32,000 nt of DNA from Pseudomonadota bacterium (GTDB taxonomy: Bacteria > Pseudomonadota > Gammaproteobacteria > Burkholderiales > Thiobacillaceae), in the NCBI GenBank assembly GCA_040754425.1, contig JBFMCR010000004.1, positions 10,898 through 42,897 on the forward strand, written 5' to 3'. Every line of letters begins with the position of its first letter. Positions within the stretch are counted from its first letter, which is position 1. The notes beneath the pieces are model-generated. The model was not told where the DNA came from, ran no database searches, and worked only from the letters and a program-made list of their open reading frames with translations. Made by a program: the position numbers and the translations under genes. Below are positions 9,494 to 17,476 of this stretch, piece by piece.

Positions 9494-9750
9494 TGGGGAT
9501 TAACCGCGGAGTTCGCGGAGGACGCAGGGGAAAACCATTGACACAGAGGAAGCAGAGGCAACAGAGTGGGAAAACCGTTTGAACGAAGAGGACGGGAGCG
9601 AGGGCAATGAGTCTATTCCTCCCTGTAAAAGAATGAATTCCTCTGTTACCTCTGCTTCCTCTGTGTCCTATCCCATGCCTGAGAAAATCCGTGCCCTCCG
9701 CCATGAGCGTTTTGGTTTACCCTCTTGCCCTCCTGTCCTCTTTGTGAAGT
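9494..9750. repeat. Composite intergenic repeat region with interleaved arms of four hairpin families
   Basis: C-left ACCGCGGAGTTCGCGGAGG (9503-9521). D-left ACACAGAGGAAGCAGAGGCAACAGAG (9541-9566) pairs with D-right 9637-9666 at 25/26. A-left GAACGAAGAGGACGGGAGCGAGGGCAA (9581-9607) pairs with A-right CCCTCTTGCCCTCCTGTCCTCTTTGTG (9720-9746). A B-type right-arm fragment ATTCCTCCCTGT sits at 9615-9626. The direct repeat GGGAAAACC(A/G)TTTGA precedes both the D and A left arms. Confidence 0.75.
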
Positions 9751-9754
9751 GTCC

Positions 9755-10909
9755 ATGAGTCAGCCAGAGCAAATCGTCATTGCCGGCGCCGGCCCCGTGG
9801 GTGCGGTGTGCGCGCTGGCGCTGAAAGCCGGCGGACTCGATCCGCTGGTGCTGGAGGCGCGCCCCGAGAATGCGCCGGTGAACGACCGCCGCACGCTGGC
9901 GCTTTCCTACGGCTCGCGTCTGCTGCTGCAACGTCTGGGCATATGGGCGCGCATCGAGGATGCCACGCCGATCACGCGCATCCATATTTCGCATCGCGGC
10001 GGACTGGGCCGCGCCTGCCTCAGCGCGCAGGAAGAGAAGCTGCCAGCGCTCGGTTACGTGCTCTCCTACGGCGAACTGGCCCAGGCGCTGATGAATGAAA
10101 TAAGGCAAGCAGGCGTGCGCATGCGCTTCGGCGCACAGGTGCAGAAAGCCGAAGCGCAAAACGGTGCGGCGGAATTGACGCTGGCAGGCGAGGCAGCGGA
10201 GACCCTGCATGCGCAGCTGGCCGTGATCGCCGACGGCGGGCGCGGCAAGGATACACCGCCGGCGAAGTGGTCGCGCGACTACGCGCAGGTTGCCGTGGTG
10301 GCCGAGGTGAAAAGCGAATTGCCGCACGGCAACCTTGCCTACGAGCGCTTCACGCCCAACGGGCCGATCGCGCTCTTGCCGCGCGGCGAGGGCTATGCCC
10401 TGGTGTGGGTGAACGCGCCCGAGGAGGCCGCGCGCATAGCGCAGCTCGACGACGCAGAATTCCTTGCCGAACTGCACCGGCAGTTCGGCAACCGCCAGGG
10501 GCGCTTTCTCGCCGTACATGCGCGCGGCCGGTTTCCGCTCAAGCTCGATTACCGCGGCACCGAGGCCGGCCCGCACGTGGTGCGCATCGGCAATGCCTCG
10601 CAGACCCTGCACCCGGTCGCCGGCCAGGGTTTCAACCTCGGCCTGCGCGATGCCTGGGAACTGGCGGAGTCGTGCCTCGAAGCCCGGCTTGACATGATCG
10701 GCAGCGCCGCGCAACTCTCGCGCTATGCCGCGGGCCGCCGCCGTGACGCGCTGCCCGGCATCGGTTTCACCGATTTTCTTGTGCGCGCGTTTTCCACCAC
10801 CAACCCCATCGCCCACCACCTGCGCGGCCTCGGCCTGATGGCGCTGCAGGCCTTGCCACCGGCACGCCATTTCGTCGCGCGGCGCATGCTGTTCGGAAAG
10901 AACGGATGA
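9755..10909 (+). CDS. ubiH: FAD-dependent ubiquinone-biosynthesis hydroxylase (UbiH type)
   Basis: IVIAGAGPVGAV Rossmann motif and GNASQTLHPVAGQGFNLGLRDA UbiH/COQ6 fingerprint. It follows pepP. Confidence 0.82.
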   Translation: MSQPEQIVIAGAGPVGAVCALALKAGGLDPLVLEARPENAPVNDRRTLALSYGSRLLLQRLGIWARIEDATPITRIHISHRGGLGRACLSAQEEKLPALGYVLSYGELAQALMNEIRQAGVRMRFGAQVQKAEAQNGAAELTLAGEAAETLHAQLAVIADGGRGKDTPPAKWSRDYAQVAVVAEVKSELPHGNLAYERFTPNGPIALLPRGEGYALVWVNAPEEAARIAQLDDAEFLAELHRQFGNRQGRFLAVHARGRFPLKLDYRGTEAGPHVVRIGNASQTLHPVAGQGFNLGLRDAWELAESCLEARLDMIGSAAQLSRYAAGRRRDALPGIGFTDFLVRAFSTTNPIAHHLRGLGLMALQALPPARHFVARRMLFGKNG

Positions 10910-12093
10910 CGTCTTCGAATGTACGCTACCATGCCGCAGTCATCGGCGCCGGCCTCGTGGGCAGCGCGACTGCGCTGGCGCTGGCCCGCGCCGGCCTGAA
11001 TGTCGCGCTCGTCGAGCCGCGCGTGGCGACCATGCCGAGTGAAGACTGGGACATTCGCGCGTATGCCATCAGCCCCGACAGCGAAGCACTCCTGGATTCG
11101 CTGGGTGCCTGGCCCGGACTTGATGCATCGCGCTTGCAGGCGGTATACCGCATGGACGTGCACGGCGATGCCGACGGCGGGCTGCTGCTCGATGCCTATG
11201 CGGCCGGCGTGCCCAAACTCGCAACCATCCTCGAAAGCTCGCGCCTGCGGCATGCGCTGTGGCAGGCCGTGAAAGCGCACGACAACATCGACGTCATGTG
11301 CCCGGCCGGCGTCACCGGCATTGTCTGGGGCAGCCCGCGCTCTACAGTCGTGCTCGACACGGGATTGAGGCTGGATGTTGAGTTGGTGGTGGGCGCAGAC
11401 GGCGCCAACTCCATGATCCGCCAGCGCGCCGGCATCAAGGCGAAGGCGAGACCTTATGGCCAGTCCGGCGTGGTGGCGAATTTCGCAACCGAAAAAAACC
11501 ATCGAGGCACCGCCTTCCAGTGGTTTCGTCCGTTCCGGCCCGGCTGCGGCGACATCGTCGCTTATTTGCCGCTGCCTGGGAACCGCATGTCGCTGGTGTG
11601 GTCAACAGCTGAGGAACACGCGCAGTCCCTGCTCGCGCTGGACGAGCAGGCGTTCTGCTCACAGGTCGAACAGGCCGGCGGGTCGCGCCTCGGCAAACTG
11701 TCCCTGCTCACCCAGCCGGCAGCCTTCCCGCTCAGACTGATGCAAACCGACAGCCCCGTGCGTGCCGGCTGCGCGCTGGTGGGCGATGCCGCGCACGGCG
11801 TGCACCCGCTCGCCGGCCAGGGCGTGAACCTGGGGTTCGGTGACGTCGCCGCGCTGGCCGAAGTGATCGCGCTACGCGGAAAGTCGGGCTGCGGCGATCC
11901 GGCCCTGCTGGAGCGTTATGCCCGCCGTCGCGCCGCTGCCGTGTCGCGCATGCAGTTCGTCACCGACAGCCTGTGGCGTCTGTTCGGCAGCGACGCGAAG
12001 CTGGCCGGCTTGGCGCGCAACTTGGGCATGTCGCTGCTGAACAAACTGGGGCCGGCCAAGTCGGCCCTCATACATGAAGCTTTTTTCAACTGA
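10906..12093 (+). CDS. ubiI: FAD-dependent ubiquinone-biosynthesis hydroxylase (UbiI/VisC type)
   Basis: VIGAGLVGSA Rossmann motif and GDAAHGVHPLAGQGVNLGFGD fingerprint. ATGA start/stop overlap with ubiH. The position corresponds to visC/ubiI of E. coli. Confidence 0.72.
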   Translation: MTSSNVRYHAAVIGAGLVGSATALALARAGLNVALVEPRVATMPSEDWDIRAYAISPDSEALLDSLGAWPGLDASRLQAVYRMDVHGDADGGLLLDAYAAGVPKLATILESSRLRHALWQAVKAHDNIDVMCPAGVTGIVWGSPRSTVVLDTGLRLDVELVVGADGANSMIRQRAGIKAKARPYGQSGVVANFATEKNHRGTAFQWFRPFRPGCGDIVAYLPLPGNRMSLVWSTAEEHAQSLLALDEQAFCSQVEQAGGSRLGKLSLLTQPAAFPLRLMQTDSPVRAGCALVGDAAHGVHPLAGQGVNLGFGDVAALAEVIALRGKSGCGDPALLERYARRRAAAVSRMQFVTDSLWRLFGSDAKLAGLARNLGMSLLNKLGPAKSALIHEAFFN

Positions 12094-12102
12094 GGAAACA
12101 CC

Positions 12103-12816
12103 ATGCGTCCAATTCATTTGTTCCTCTCGCTGTTCGTGCTCGCGAGCGCTTCCGTACAGGCAGGCGAGAAGGAAATCCGCCAGTCACTCCAGAAGAGCCT
12201 CACTGGCGCCGACATCACGTCCGTCAGCAAGACGCCATACGGCGGACTGTATGAAGTCGTGGTGGACGGGCAGGTGGCCTACGCGACTGCAGACGGCAAG
12301 TACCTGGTGCTGGGCGACGTCATCGACCTGTCCGGCAAGCGCAACATCACCGCCATGCGCAATGCCAAGCTGTCGGAGGTGAAATGGAGCAGCCTGCCGC
12401 TCGCCAACGCCATCAAGGAAGTCAAGGGCAACGGCAGCCGCAAGCTGGCGATCTTCTCGGATGCCGATTGCCCATACTGCCGCAAGCTGGAGCCGGAGCT
12501 GGAAAAGCTCGACAACGTGACGATCTATACCTTTCTTTACCCCATCGTAAACCTCCATCCCGATGCCGTGCCGACTTCGAAACAGATCTGGTGCGAGAAG
12601 GACCGGCTCAAGGCCTGGAAGGGCTACATGCTCAGGGGCGAGGAGCCCAAGTCCAGGGGCGATTGCCCCAACCCGGTCGACGCCACCGTAGAACTGGGCA
12701 CCAAGCTGCGCGTTTCGGGAACGCCCACTATCATCCTGGAAAACGGCCAGCGCATACCGGGCTATATCCCCGCCGACAAGCTCGACCAGATGATGAACGC
12801 GGCAAGCAGAAAGTGA
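12103..12816 (+). CDS. dsbC: Periplasmic thiol:disulfide interchange protein (DsbC/DsbG family)
   Basis: Signal peptide MRPIHLFLSLFVLASASVQA, an N-terminal dimerisation region, and a thioredoxin fold with the CPYC active site (FSDADCPYCRKLE). Confidence 0.85.
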   Translation: MRPIHLFLSLFVLASASVQAGEKEIRQSLQKSLTGADITSVSKTPYGGLYEVVVDGQVAYATADGKYLVLGDVIDLSGKRNITAMRNAKLSEVKWSSLPLANAIKEVKGNGSRKLAIFSDADCPYCRKLEPELEKLDNVTIYTFLYPIVNLHPDAVPTSKQIWCEKDRLKAWKGYMLRGEEPKSRGDCPNPVDATVELGTKLRVSGTPTIILENGQRIPGYIPADKLDQMMNAASRK

Positions 12817-12965
12817 GGAGAAACGGGGTCTGAGGAGAAACGGGGTCGGGCACCCCGTTCGCCGAAAATTTACCGCGGAGTCCGCAGAACGCGGAGTTTC
12901 CTGATGTACCCCTCCGCGTACTCCGCGGTTCGACCCGGACTGTCCGTCGGCGTCTGTCCGTCCGG
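12814..12965. repeat. Composite repeat region downstream of dsbC
   Basis: Perfect 17-nt tandem duplication TGAGGAGAAACGGGGTC x2 (12814-12830, 12831-12847); the first copy contains the dsbC stop codon. Hairpin AACGGGGT-cgggc-ACCCCGTT (12839-12859). Family C inverted repeat ACCGCGGAGT (12872-12881) / ACTCCGCGGT (12920-12929) with nested CGCGGAG/CTCCGCG. CTGTCCGTC x2 at 12940 and 12954. Confidence 0.75.
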
Positions 12966-13016
12966 TTTCGGGCCGGCCTGGTGAGAGCATATGAGGACCT
13001 TCCGCCCCGGTACACG

Positions 13017-13730
13017 ATGACTGTTCCGACCATGCCGACGACGCGCCGACGCTTTCTCGTCATGCTGTGGCTGTCGCTTGCCCTGCACGCGCTGCTGATC
13101 GGGTTTGCGCAATTACCATCGCCGGTACGGGTTCCCCTGCCGCCCGAATTCAGTATCGAAATAGCCGAGCCTGCACCGTCGGTACAGGCTGCAGCACCTA
13201 TCCACGAACAGAATGGAATTGCCAGGCCGCAGCGTCCCGCACCGCCGGAGCCGAAGGAAGCGCAGGCAGCGCAGGCGATCGAGAACCAGGTGCAGCTTAG
13301 GGCTCCGCAATCCGCTATACAGGCCATTGCGCCGCCGGCCTTGCGCCTGAATCCTTCTCCTGCCATCGACGCGCTCGATGCGCCCGGCCCCGTGCTCGAT
13401 GTTCCGCTGCTGGCCGATGCGCGTTATTACCCCGCGCGCGAGCTCGACGTGCCGCCTGCCGCACTGCGCCCTCCCGAGCCGGTTTATCCGCCGCGCGCGG
13501 AAGAACAGGGCGTGGCCGGGCGCGTGCTCGTCCGCCTCTATCTGGAGGCTGACGGCAGCATCGGCAGGACCGAGGTGGTGTCGGTGACGCCGGCCGGCGC
13601 CTATGGCGAGATGTTCAGACAGGCCGCGCTGGATTCGCTCGATGCCACGCGCTTCAGGCCGGCGCAGCGCAATGGCCGGGCGGTGAGGGCGGTGGTGGAA
13701 ATCCCTGTGGTGTTCGAGCCGGATGGCTGA
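13017..13730 (+). CDS. TonB-family energy-transducer protein
   Basis: N-terminal TM helix (RRRFLVMLWLSLALHALLIGF), a Pro-rich linker (PSPVRVPLPPEF...RPAPPEPKE) and a C-terminal TonB domain (YPPRAEEQGVAGRVLVRLYLEADGSIGRTEVV...). Confidence 0.75.
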   Translation: MTVPTMPTTRRRFLVMLWLSLALHALLIGFAQLPSPVRVPLPPEFSIEIAEPAPSVQAAAPIHEQNGIARPQRPAPPEPKEAQAAQAIENQVQLRAPQSAIQAIAPPALRLNPSPAIDALDAPGPVLDVPLLADARYYPARELDVPPAALRPPEPVYPPRAEEQGVAGRVLVRLYLEADGSIGRTEVVSVTPAGAYGEMFRQAALDSLDATRFRPAQRNGRAVRAVVEIPVVFEPDG

Positions 13731-13734
13731 GGAT

Positions 13735-14979
13735 CTATTTGCGGGCCAGCGGCCGTGCGCGGTAGTCCCTGGGCAGCAGCACCCACATGCGGCCTTGCTG
13801 CTTCATCCTGCCGGCCAGCTCGCCGGCCGCTGCGCCAAAGCCCCAGTAGAAGTCGGCCCGCACGGCGCCGCGGATGGCGCCGCCGGTGTCCTGTGCCATC
13901 ATCAGGCGGTTGAGCGGCCGTGCGGAATTGGGCCAAGTGGTGGAGAGGAAGACCGGCGCGCCCAGCGGGATGTATTTCGGGTCTACGGCAATGGAACGCC
14001 CGGCGGTGAGCGGCACGCCCAACGCGCCCAGCGGCCCGGAAAGACCATCGGGCAGTTCGCGGAAGAACACGTAGCTCGGGTTGCTGTTCAGCAGTTCCGG
14101 GAGCTTGTCCGGATTGGCTTCGGCCCAGGCCTTGATGCCTTGCATGGAAGCCTCCTCCAGCTTCAGTTCGCCGCGCTCGACCAGCAGCTTGCCGATGGAT
14201 TTGTAGGGATGGCCGTTCTGGTCGGCATAGCCGATGCGCATGTGGGTGCCATCCGGCAGCTCGATGCGGCCCGAGCCCTGGATTTGCAGGAAGAAGAGAT
14301 CCACCGGGTCTTCCGCCCAGGCGATGGGCTTGCCGCGGAATGCGCCGTTGGCGTCGCTGATTTCGCTGCGCGTGGCATAAGGCACCACCCGGTTGCCCTG
14401 CAGGCGGCCTCTGAGGCGCAGGTTTTTGAGTTCCGGGTACACTTCGGCCAGGTCGACCACGATGAGGTCGGCGGGCGCGGCATAAATCGGGTAGCGGGCC
14501 TTCTCGGTGCGCTTGCGGTCTCCCTTGATGAGCGGCTCGTAATAGCCGGTGACCATGCCCTCCGCCGTGCCGTCCGGGTTGAAGACTTCATGCGGCCGGA
14601 AGCGCTGCTCGAAAAACGCGCGCACGGCCGTCTCATCCGCGCCGCTCATGGCCTGCGCCTCGGTGCACACATCCTGCCAGGCCGGCTGGTTTTTCAGCGC
14701 GCCGCAGGATTGAAGAAATGCCGGCCAGGCCTCGGCCAGCGCATCCGCATTCCAGTTGGCGACGGCTTTCCATTCGACCGCGCGCAACTGCGCTGACGGA
14801 ATCGGGGTCGGCAGGGGCTGGGTGGGCGGCAGGGCGGGGGGTGGTACGGGAACCGGGGTTGGCACAACAACGGGCGGTTCCGGTTCCGGCCGCGGCTGCG
14901 GCGCACCACAGCCGGCCGTCAACAGCGCGGCGGCCAGGCTTGCGTAAAATGGATGGCGGGAAAACCCGAAACCTCTCAT
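13735..14979 (-). CDS. mltA: Membrane-bound lytic murein transglycosylase A
   Basis: 414 aa with lipobox LLTAGC, a Pro-rich linker, then MltA/3D-domain sequence (TGYYEP..., GTHMRIGYADQNGHPYKSIG..., AVDPKYIPLGAPVFL). Confidence 0.88.
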   Translation of the reverse strand: MRGFGFSRHPFYASLAAALLTAGCGAPQPRPEPEPPVVVPTPVPVPPPALPPTQPLPTPIPSAQLRAVEWKAVANWNADALAEAWPAFLQSCGALKNQPAWQDVCTEAQAMSGADETAVRAFFEQRFRPHEVFNPDGTAEGMVTGYYEPLIKGDRKRTEKARYPIYAAPADLIVVDLAEVYPELKNLRLRGRLQGNRVVPYATRSEISDANGAFRGKPIAWAEDPVDLFFLQIQGSGRIELPDGTHMRIGYADQNGHPYKSIGKLLVERGELKLEEASMQGIKAWAEANPDKLPELLNSNPSYVFFRELPDGLSGPLGALGVPLTAGRSIAVDPKYIPLGAPVFLSTTWPNSARPLNRLMMAQDTGGAIRGAVRADFYWGFGAAAGELAGRMKQQGRMWVLLPRDYRARPLARK

Positions 14980-14997
14980 GAACGAGGAGTATAAACC

Positions 14998-15087
14998 GTG
15001 GATCAGGGGAGTCTGTGGCTGTTGCTGGAAGCCGGCCTGGCGTTGGCGATTTTGCTGTTCATCGTGTGGTGGACGATGAAGAAGTGA
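14998..15087 (+). CDS. Putative 29-aa single-TM small protein (GTG start)
   Basis: GAGGAG SD (14984-14989) lies 8 nt before GTG 14998. The peptide is (M)DQGSLWLLLEAGLALAILLFIVWWTMKK, one hydrophobic helix with a KK tail, and stop TGA 15085-15087 abuts repeat E1. It is too short for the ORF track and I recognise no homolog. Confidence 0.3.
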   Translation: MDQGSLWLLLEAGLALAILLFIVWWTMKK

Positions 15088-15290
15088 GGGTTCAGGGTTC
15101 AGGATTCGGGATTCAGGGTACAGGATTCAGGGTACAGGATTCGGGATTCGGGATTCAGGATTCAGGATTCAGGATTCAGGATTCAGGGTTTGAGCTTCGC
15201 GCCTTGATTTGAAGTTTGCGGCCTCTGGCCGCACTTCCCTGTACCCTGTACCCTGTACCCTGTACCCTGAATCCTGAACCCTGAACCCTG
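15088..15290. repeat. Heptamer-array/core element, family E copy 1
   Basis: 14 in-phase tandem heptamers (GGGTTCA, GGATTC[A/G], GGGTACA; 15088-15185). Core GGGTTTGAGCTTCGCGCCTTGATTTGAAGTTTGCGGCCTCTGGCCGCACTTCC (15186-15236). About 7.5 complementary heptamers follow (CCCTGTA x4, CCCTGAA, TCCTGAA...; 15237-15290). The element fills the whole gap between two convergent stop codons. Confidence 0.9.
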
Positions 15291-15292
15291 GC

Positions 15293-15676
15293 TCAATGCA
15301 ATACCCGCGGCATGGATAGGGTGAATTCCGGAATCTCGGTGTCGAATTTCCGGCCGTCTTCCGCCACCATCTGGTAGCTGCCGCGCATGGTGCCCACCGG
15401 GGTGCCGAGCGAAGTGCCGCTGGTGTACTCGAAGCTTTCGCCCGGACGCAGGAAGGGTTGCTCGCCCACCACGCCCAGGCCGCGCACTTCCTGTACCTGA
15501 TTTTTGGCATCGGTGATGATCCAGTGACGCGAAATGAGCTGCGCCGAGGCCGTGCCCTCGTTGGCGATGGTGACGGTGTAGGCGAACACGTAGCGGTCGC
15601 TGCCGGGGTCGCTCTGTTCCGGCACATAGGCCGTGCGCACGCTGACCCGGATGTCGTATTTCTTGCTTTCTGCCAT
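15293..15676 (-). CDS. apaG: ApaG (DUF525) protein
   Basis: MAESKKYDIRVSVRTAYVPEQSDPGSDRYVFAYTVTIANEG...SRHWIITDA...GVVGEQP.L.PGESFEYTSG, canonical ApaG. ATG 15676 was chosen within ORF 15293-15733. Confidence 0.9.
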   Translation of the reverse strand: MAESKKYDIRVSVRTAYVPEQSDPGSDRYVFAYTVTIANEGTASAQLISRHWIITDAKNQVQEVRGLGVVGEQPFLRPGESFEYTSGTSLGTPVGTMRGSYQMVAEDGRKFDTEIPEFTLSMPRVLH

Positions 15677-15754
15677 AAAAATTTCCTGACGCCTTAAGTC
15701 CCGCCATTGTATCCAAAGCGCGGGACGGACCAACCAATCCCTGAAAAAGCCATT

Positions 15755-15834
15755 GACAGGCAGATAAGTGAGGTAAGGGAGGATTGTTTATCGATAAGGC
15801 CGGCTCCCTGAACCTCCCGTTCCTCCCTGTGAAG
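15755..15834. repeat. Hairpin repeat, family B copy 1 (no cargo)
   Basis: Left arm GACAGGCAGATAAGTGAGGTAAGGGAGG and right arm CTCCCTGAACCTCCCGTTCCTCCCTGTGAAG. The right arm shares the 22-nt block AACCTCCCGTTCCTCCCTGTGA with copy B2. Confidence 0.75.
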
Positions 15835-15892
15835 CATTTTCAGAGTCTCCCTGGGTTAAAATCCGGGTTTGCAAAATTTACCGGAGCAAGTC

Positions 15893-16576
15893 ATGGCTTA
15901 CCGCATCGCCCCTTCCATCCTGTCGGCCAACTTCGCCAAGCTGGGCGAGGAAGTGGACAACGTTCTCGCCGCCGGCGCGGATATCGTCCACTTCGACGTC
16001 ATGGACAACCATTACGTGCCCAACCTCACCATCGGCCCGCTGGTTTGCGAGGCGCTGAGGAAGCACGGCGTCACCGCGCCCATCGACGTGCACCTCATGG
16101 TCAAGCCGGTGGACCGCATCATTCCCGACTTCGCCAAGGCCGGTGCCACCTACATCACCTTCCACCCGGAAGCGTCCGAGCACATCGACCGCACCATCGG
16201 ACTCATCCGCGAGAGCGGCTGCAGGCCCGGCCTGGTGTTCAACCCCGCCACCCCGCTCGACGTGCTGGAGTACACCCTGGACAAGATCGACATGGTGCTC
16301 TTGATGAGCGTCAACCCCGGCTTCGGCGGCCAGAAGTTCATCCCCTACGTGCTCGACAAGGCGAAGAAAGTGCGCAGGATGATCGACGAGCGCGGCCTTG
16401 ACGTCAGTCTCGAAATCGATGGCGGCGTGGGCCCTGCCAACATCGCCGAAGTCGCCCGCGCCGGCGTGGACACCTTCGTCGCCGGCTCCGCCGTGTTTGG
16501 CGCCGGCAAGGACAGCGATCCGCACCGCTACGACAGCGTCATCGCCGCCATGCGCGCCGAACTTGCCAAGGTTTGA
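15893..16576 (+). CDS. rpe: Ribulose-phosphate 3-epimerase
   Basis: [21 protein letters not shown]...[14 protein letters not shown]...HLMV...[13 protein letters not shown]...DGGV, canonical Rpe. Confidence 0.93.
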   Translation: MAYRIAPSILSANFAKLGEEVDNVLAAGADIVHFDVMDNHYVPNLTIGPLVCEALRKHGVTAPIDVHLMVKPVDRIIPDFAKAGATYITFHPEASEHIDRTIGLIRESGCRPGLVFNPATPLDVLEYTLDKIDMVLLMSVNPGFGGQKFIPYVLDKAKKVRRMIDERGLDVSLEIDGGVGPANIAEVARAGVDTFVAGSAVFGAGKDSDPHRYDSVIAAMRAELAKV

Positions 16577-16580
16577 TTTT

Positions 16581-16660
16581 GACAACAGGGAGGTTAAGAG
16601 AGGTAAGAGAGGAAAAACTCAAAAGCCATACTCCCTTAACCTCCCGTTCCTCCCTGTGAG
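16581..16660. repeat. Hairpin repeat, family B copy 2 (no cargo)
   Basis: Left arm GACAACAGGGAGGTTAAGAGAGGTAAGAGAGG and right arm CTCCCTTAACCTCCCGTTCCTCCCTGTGAG. It fills the rpe-gph gap and ends 4 nt before the gph ATG. Confidence 0.8.
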
Positions 16661-16664
16661 AATC

Positions 16665-17348
16665 ATGAATTTCCCGATCGATATCAAAGCCGTCGTCATC
16701 GACCTCGACGGCACCCTGCTGGACACTGCGCCCGATCTCGCGCGCGCGGCCGAATTGATGATGAACGAGCTGGGCATGCCCTGTCCGTCGCTCGACACCA
16801 TTCGCACCTACATCGGCAACGGCGTGTCGCGCCTGGTCAAGCGCGTGCTCACCGGCGACATGGATGCCGAGCCGGACGCCGGACTGTTCGCCCGTGCGCT
16901 GCCCATCTTCCAGAAGCATTACGGCGAGCACGTTTCCGAACGGTCGCGGCCTTTTCCGGGCGTGGTGGAAGGCCTGGAGGCTTTCAGGAAGATGGGCCTG
17001 CGCATCGCCTGCATCACCAACAAGGCCGAGCAGTTCACCCATCCGCTGCTGAAGGACACGGGGCTGTTCGGTTACTTCGATCTGATCCTGTCCGGCGACA
17101 CGCTGCCAAAGCGCAAGCCCGATCCGCTGCCGCTGCAACATGCCTGCAAGGTGTTCGGCGTGCAGCCGCGCGAGCTTTTGCTGATCGGCGATTCATGGAA
17201 CGACACCCAGGCCGCGCGCGCCGCCGGCTGCCCGGTATTCTGCGTGCCCTACGGCTACAACCGCGGCCGACCGGTGCAGGAGCTCGATGCGGACGCGCTG
17301 GTGCCGAGCCTGGCCGAAGCCGCGCAACTGCTCAAGAAGGCGGCATGA
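16665..17348 (+). CDS. gph: Phosphoglycolate phosphatase (HAD superfamily)
   Basis: MNFPIDIKAVVIDLDGTLLDT (DxDGT motif I), ...ITNK..., ...KPDP..., GDSWNDTQAARAAG (motif IV). The rpe-gph-trpE order is conserved in beta- and gammaproteobacteria. Confidence 0.88.
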   Translation: MNFPIDIKAVVIDLDGTLLDTAPDLARAAELMMNELGMPCPSLDTIRTYIGNGVSRLVKRVLTGDMDAEPDAGLFARALPIFQKHYGEHVSERSRPFPGVVEGLEAFRKMGLRIACITNKAEQFTHPLLKDTGLFGYFDLILSGDTLPKRKPDPLPLQHACKVFGVQPRELLLIGDSWNDTQAARAAGCPVFCVPYGYNRGRPVQELDADALVPSLAEAAQLLKKAA

Positions 17349-17361
17349 TTCTCGGGGGCCA

Positions 17362-17475
17362 GGATTCAGGATTCAGGATTCAGGGTTTGAACTTCGCGCC
17401 TTGATTTGAAGTTTGCGGCCTCTGGCCGCACTTCCCTGTACCCTGTACCCTGAATCCTGACCCCTGACCCCTGAA
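17362..17475. repeat. Heptamer-array/core element, family E copy 2
   Basis: GGATTCA x3, then core GGGTTTGAACTTCGCGCCTTGATTTGAAGTTTGCGGCCTCTGGCCGCACTTCC (1 mismatch to E1), then 6 complementary heptamers (CCCTGTA x2, CCCTGAA, TCCTGAC, CCCTGAC, CCCTGAA). It ends 1 nt before the trpE ATG. Confidence 0.9.
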
Positions 17476-17476
17476 A

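Noticed and set aside
15015-15212. ORFs reading through the heptamer repeats (e.g. ...GFRIQDSGFRIQDSGF..., 15169-15627 minus, 18475-18990 plus, the C-termini of 17366-18595 minus and 17195-17404 plus)
   Set aside because: These translations are artefacts of tandem repeats lacking stops in one frame. They overlap well-supported genes (apaG, trpE) or have no RBS.
15088-15290. The heptamer arrays (also 17362-17475 and 18943-19113) as possible CRISPR arrays
   Set aside because: The units are 7 nt and directly contiguous with no unique spacers. The two halves are inverted complements around a conserved core. No cas genes are present.
17349-17476. A trp attenuator or leader peptide upstream of trpE
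   Set aside because: There is no short ORF with tandem Trp codons and no terminator/antiterminator pair. The spacer is entirely occupied by repeat element E2.
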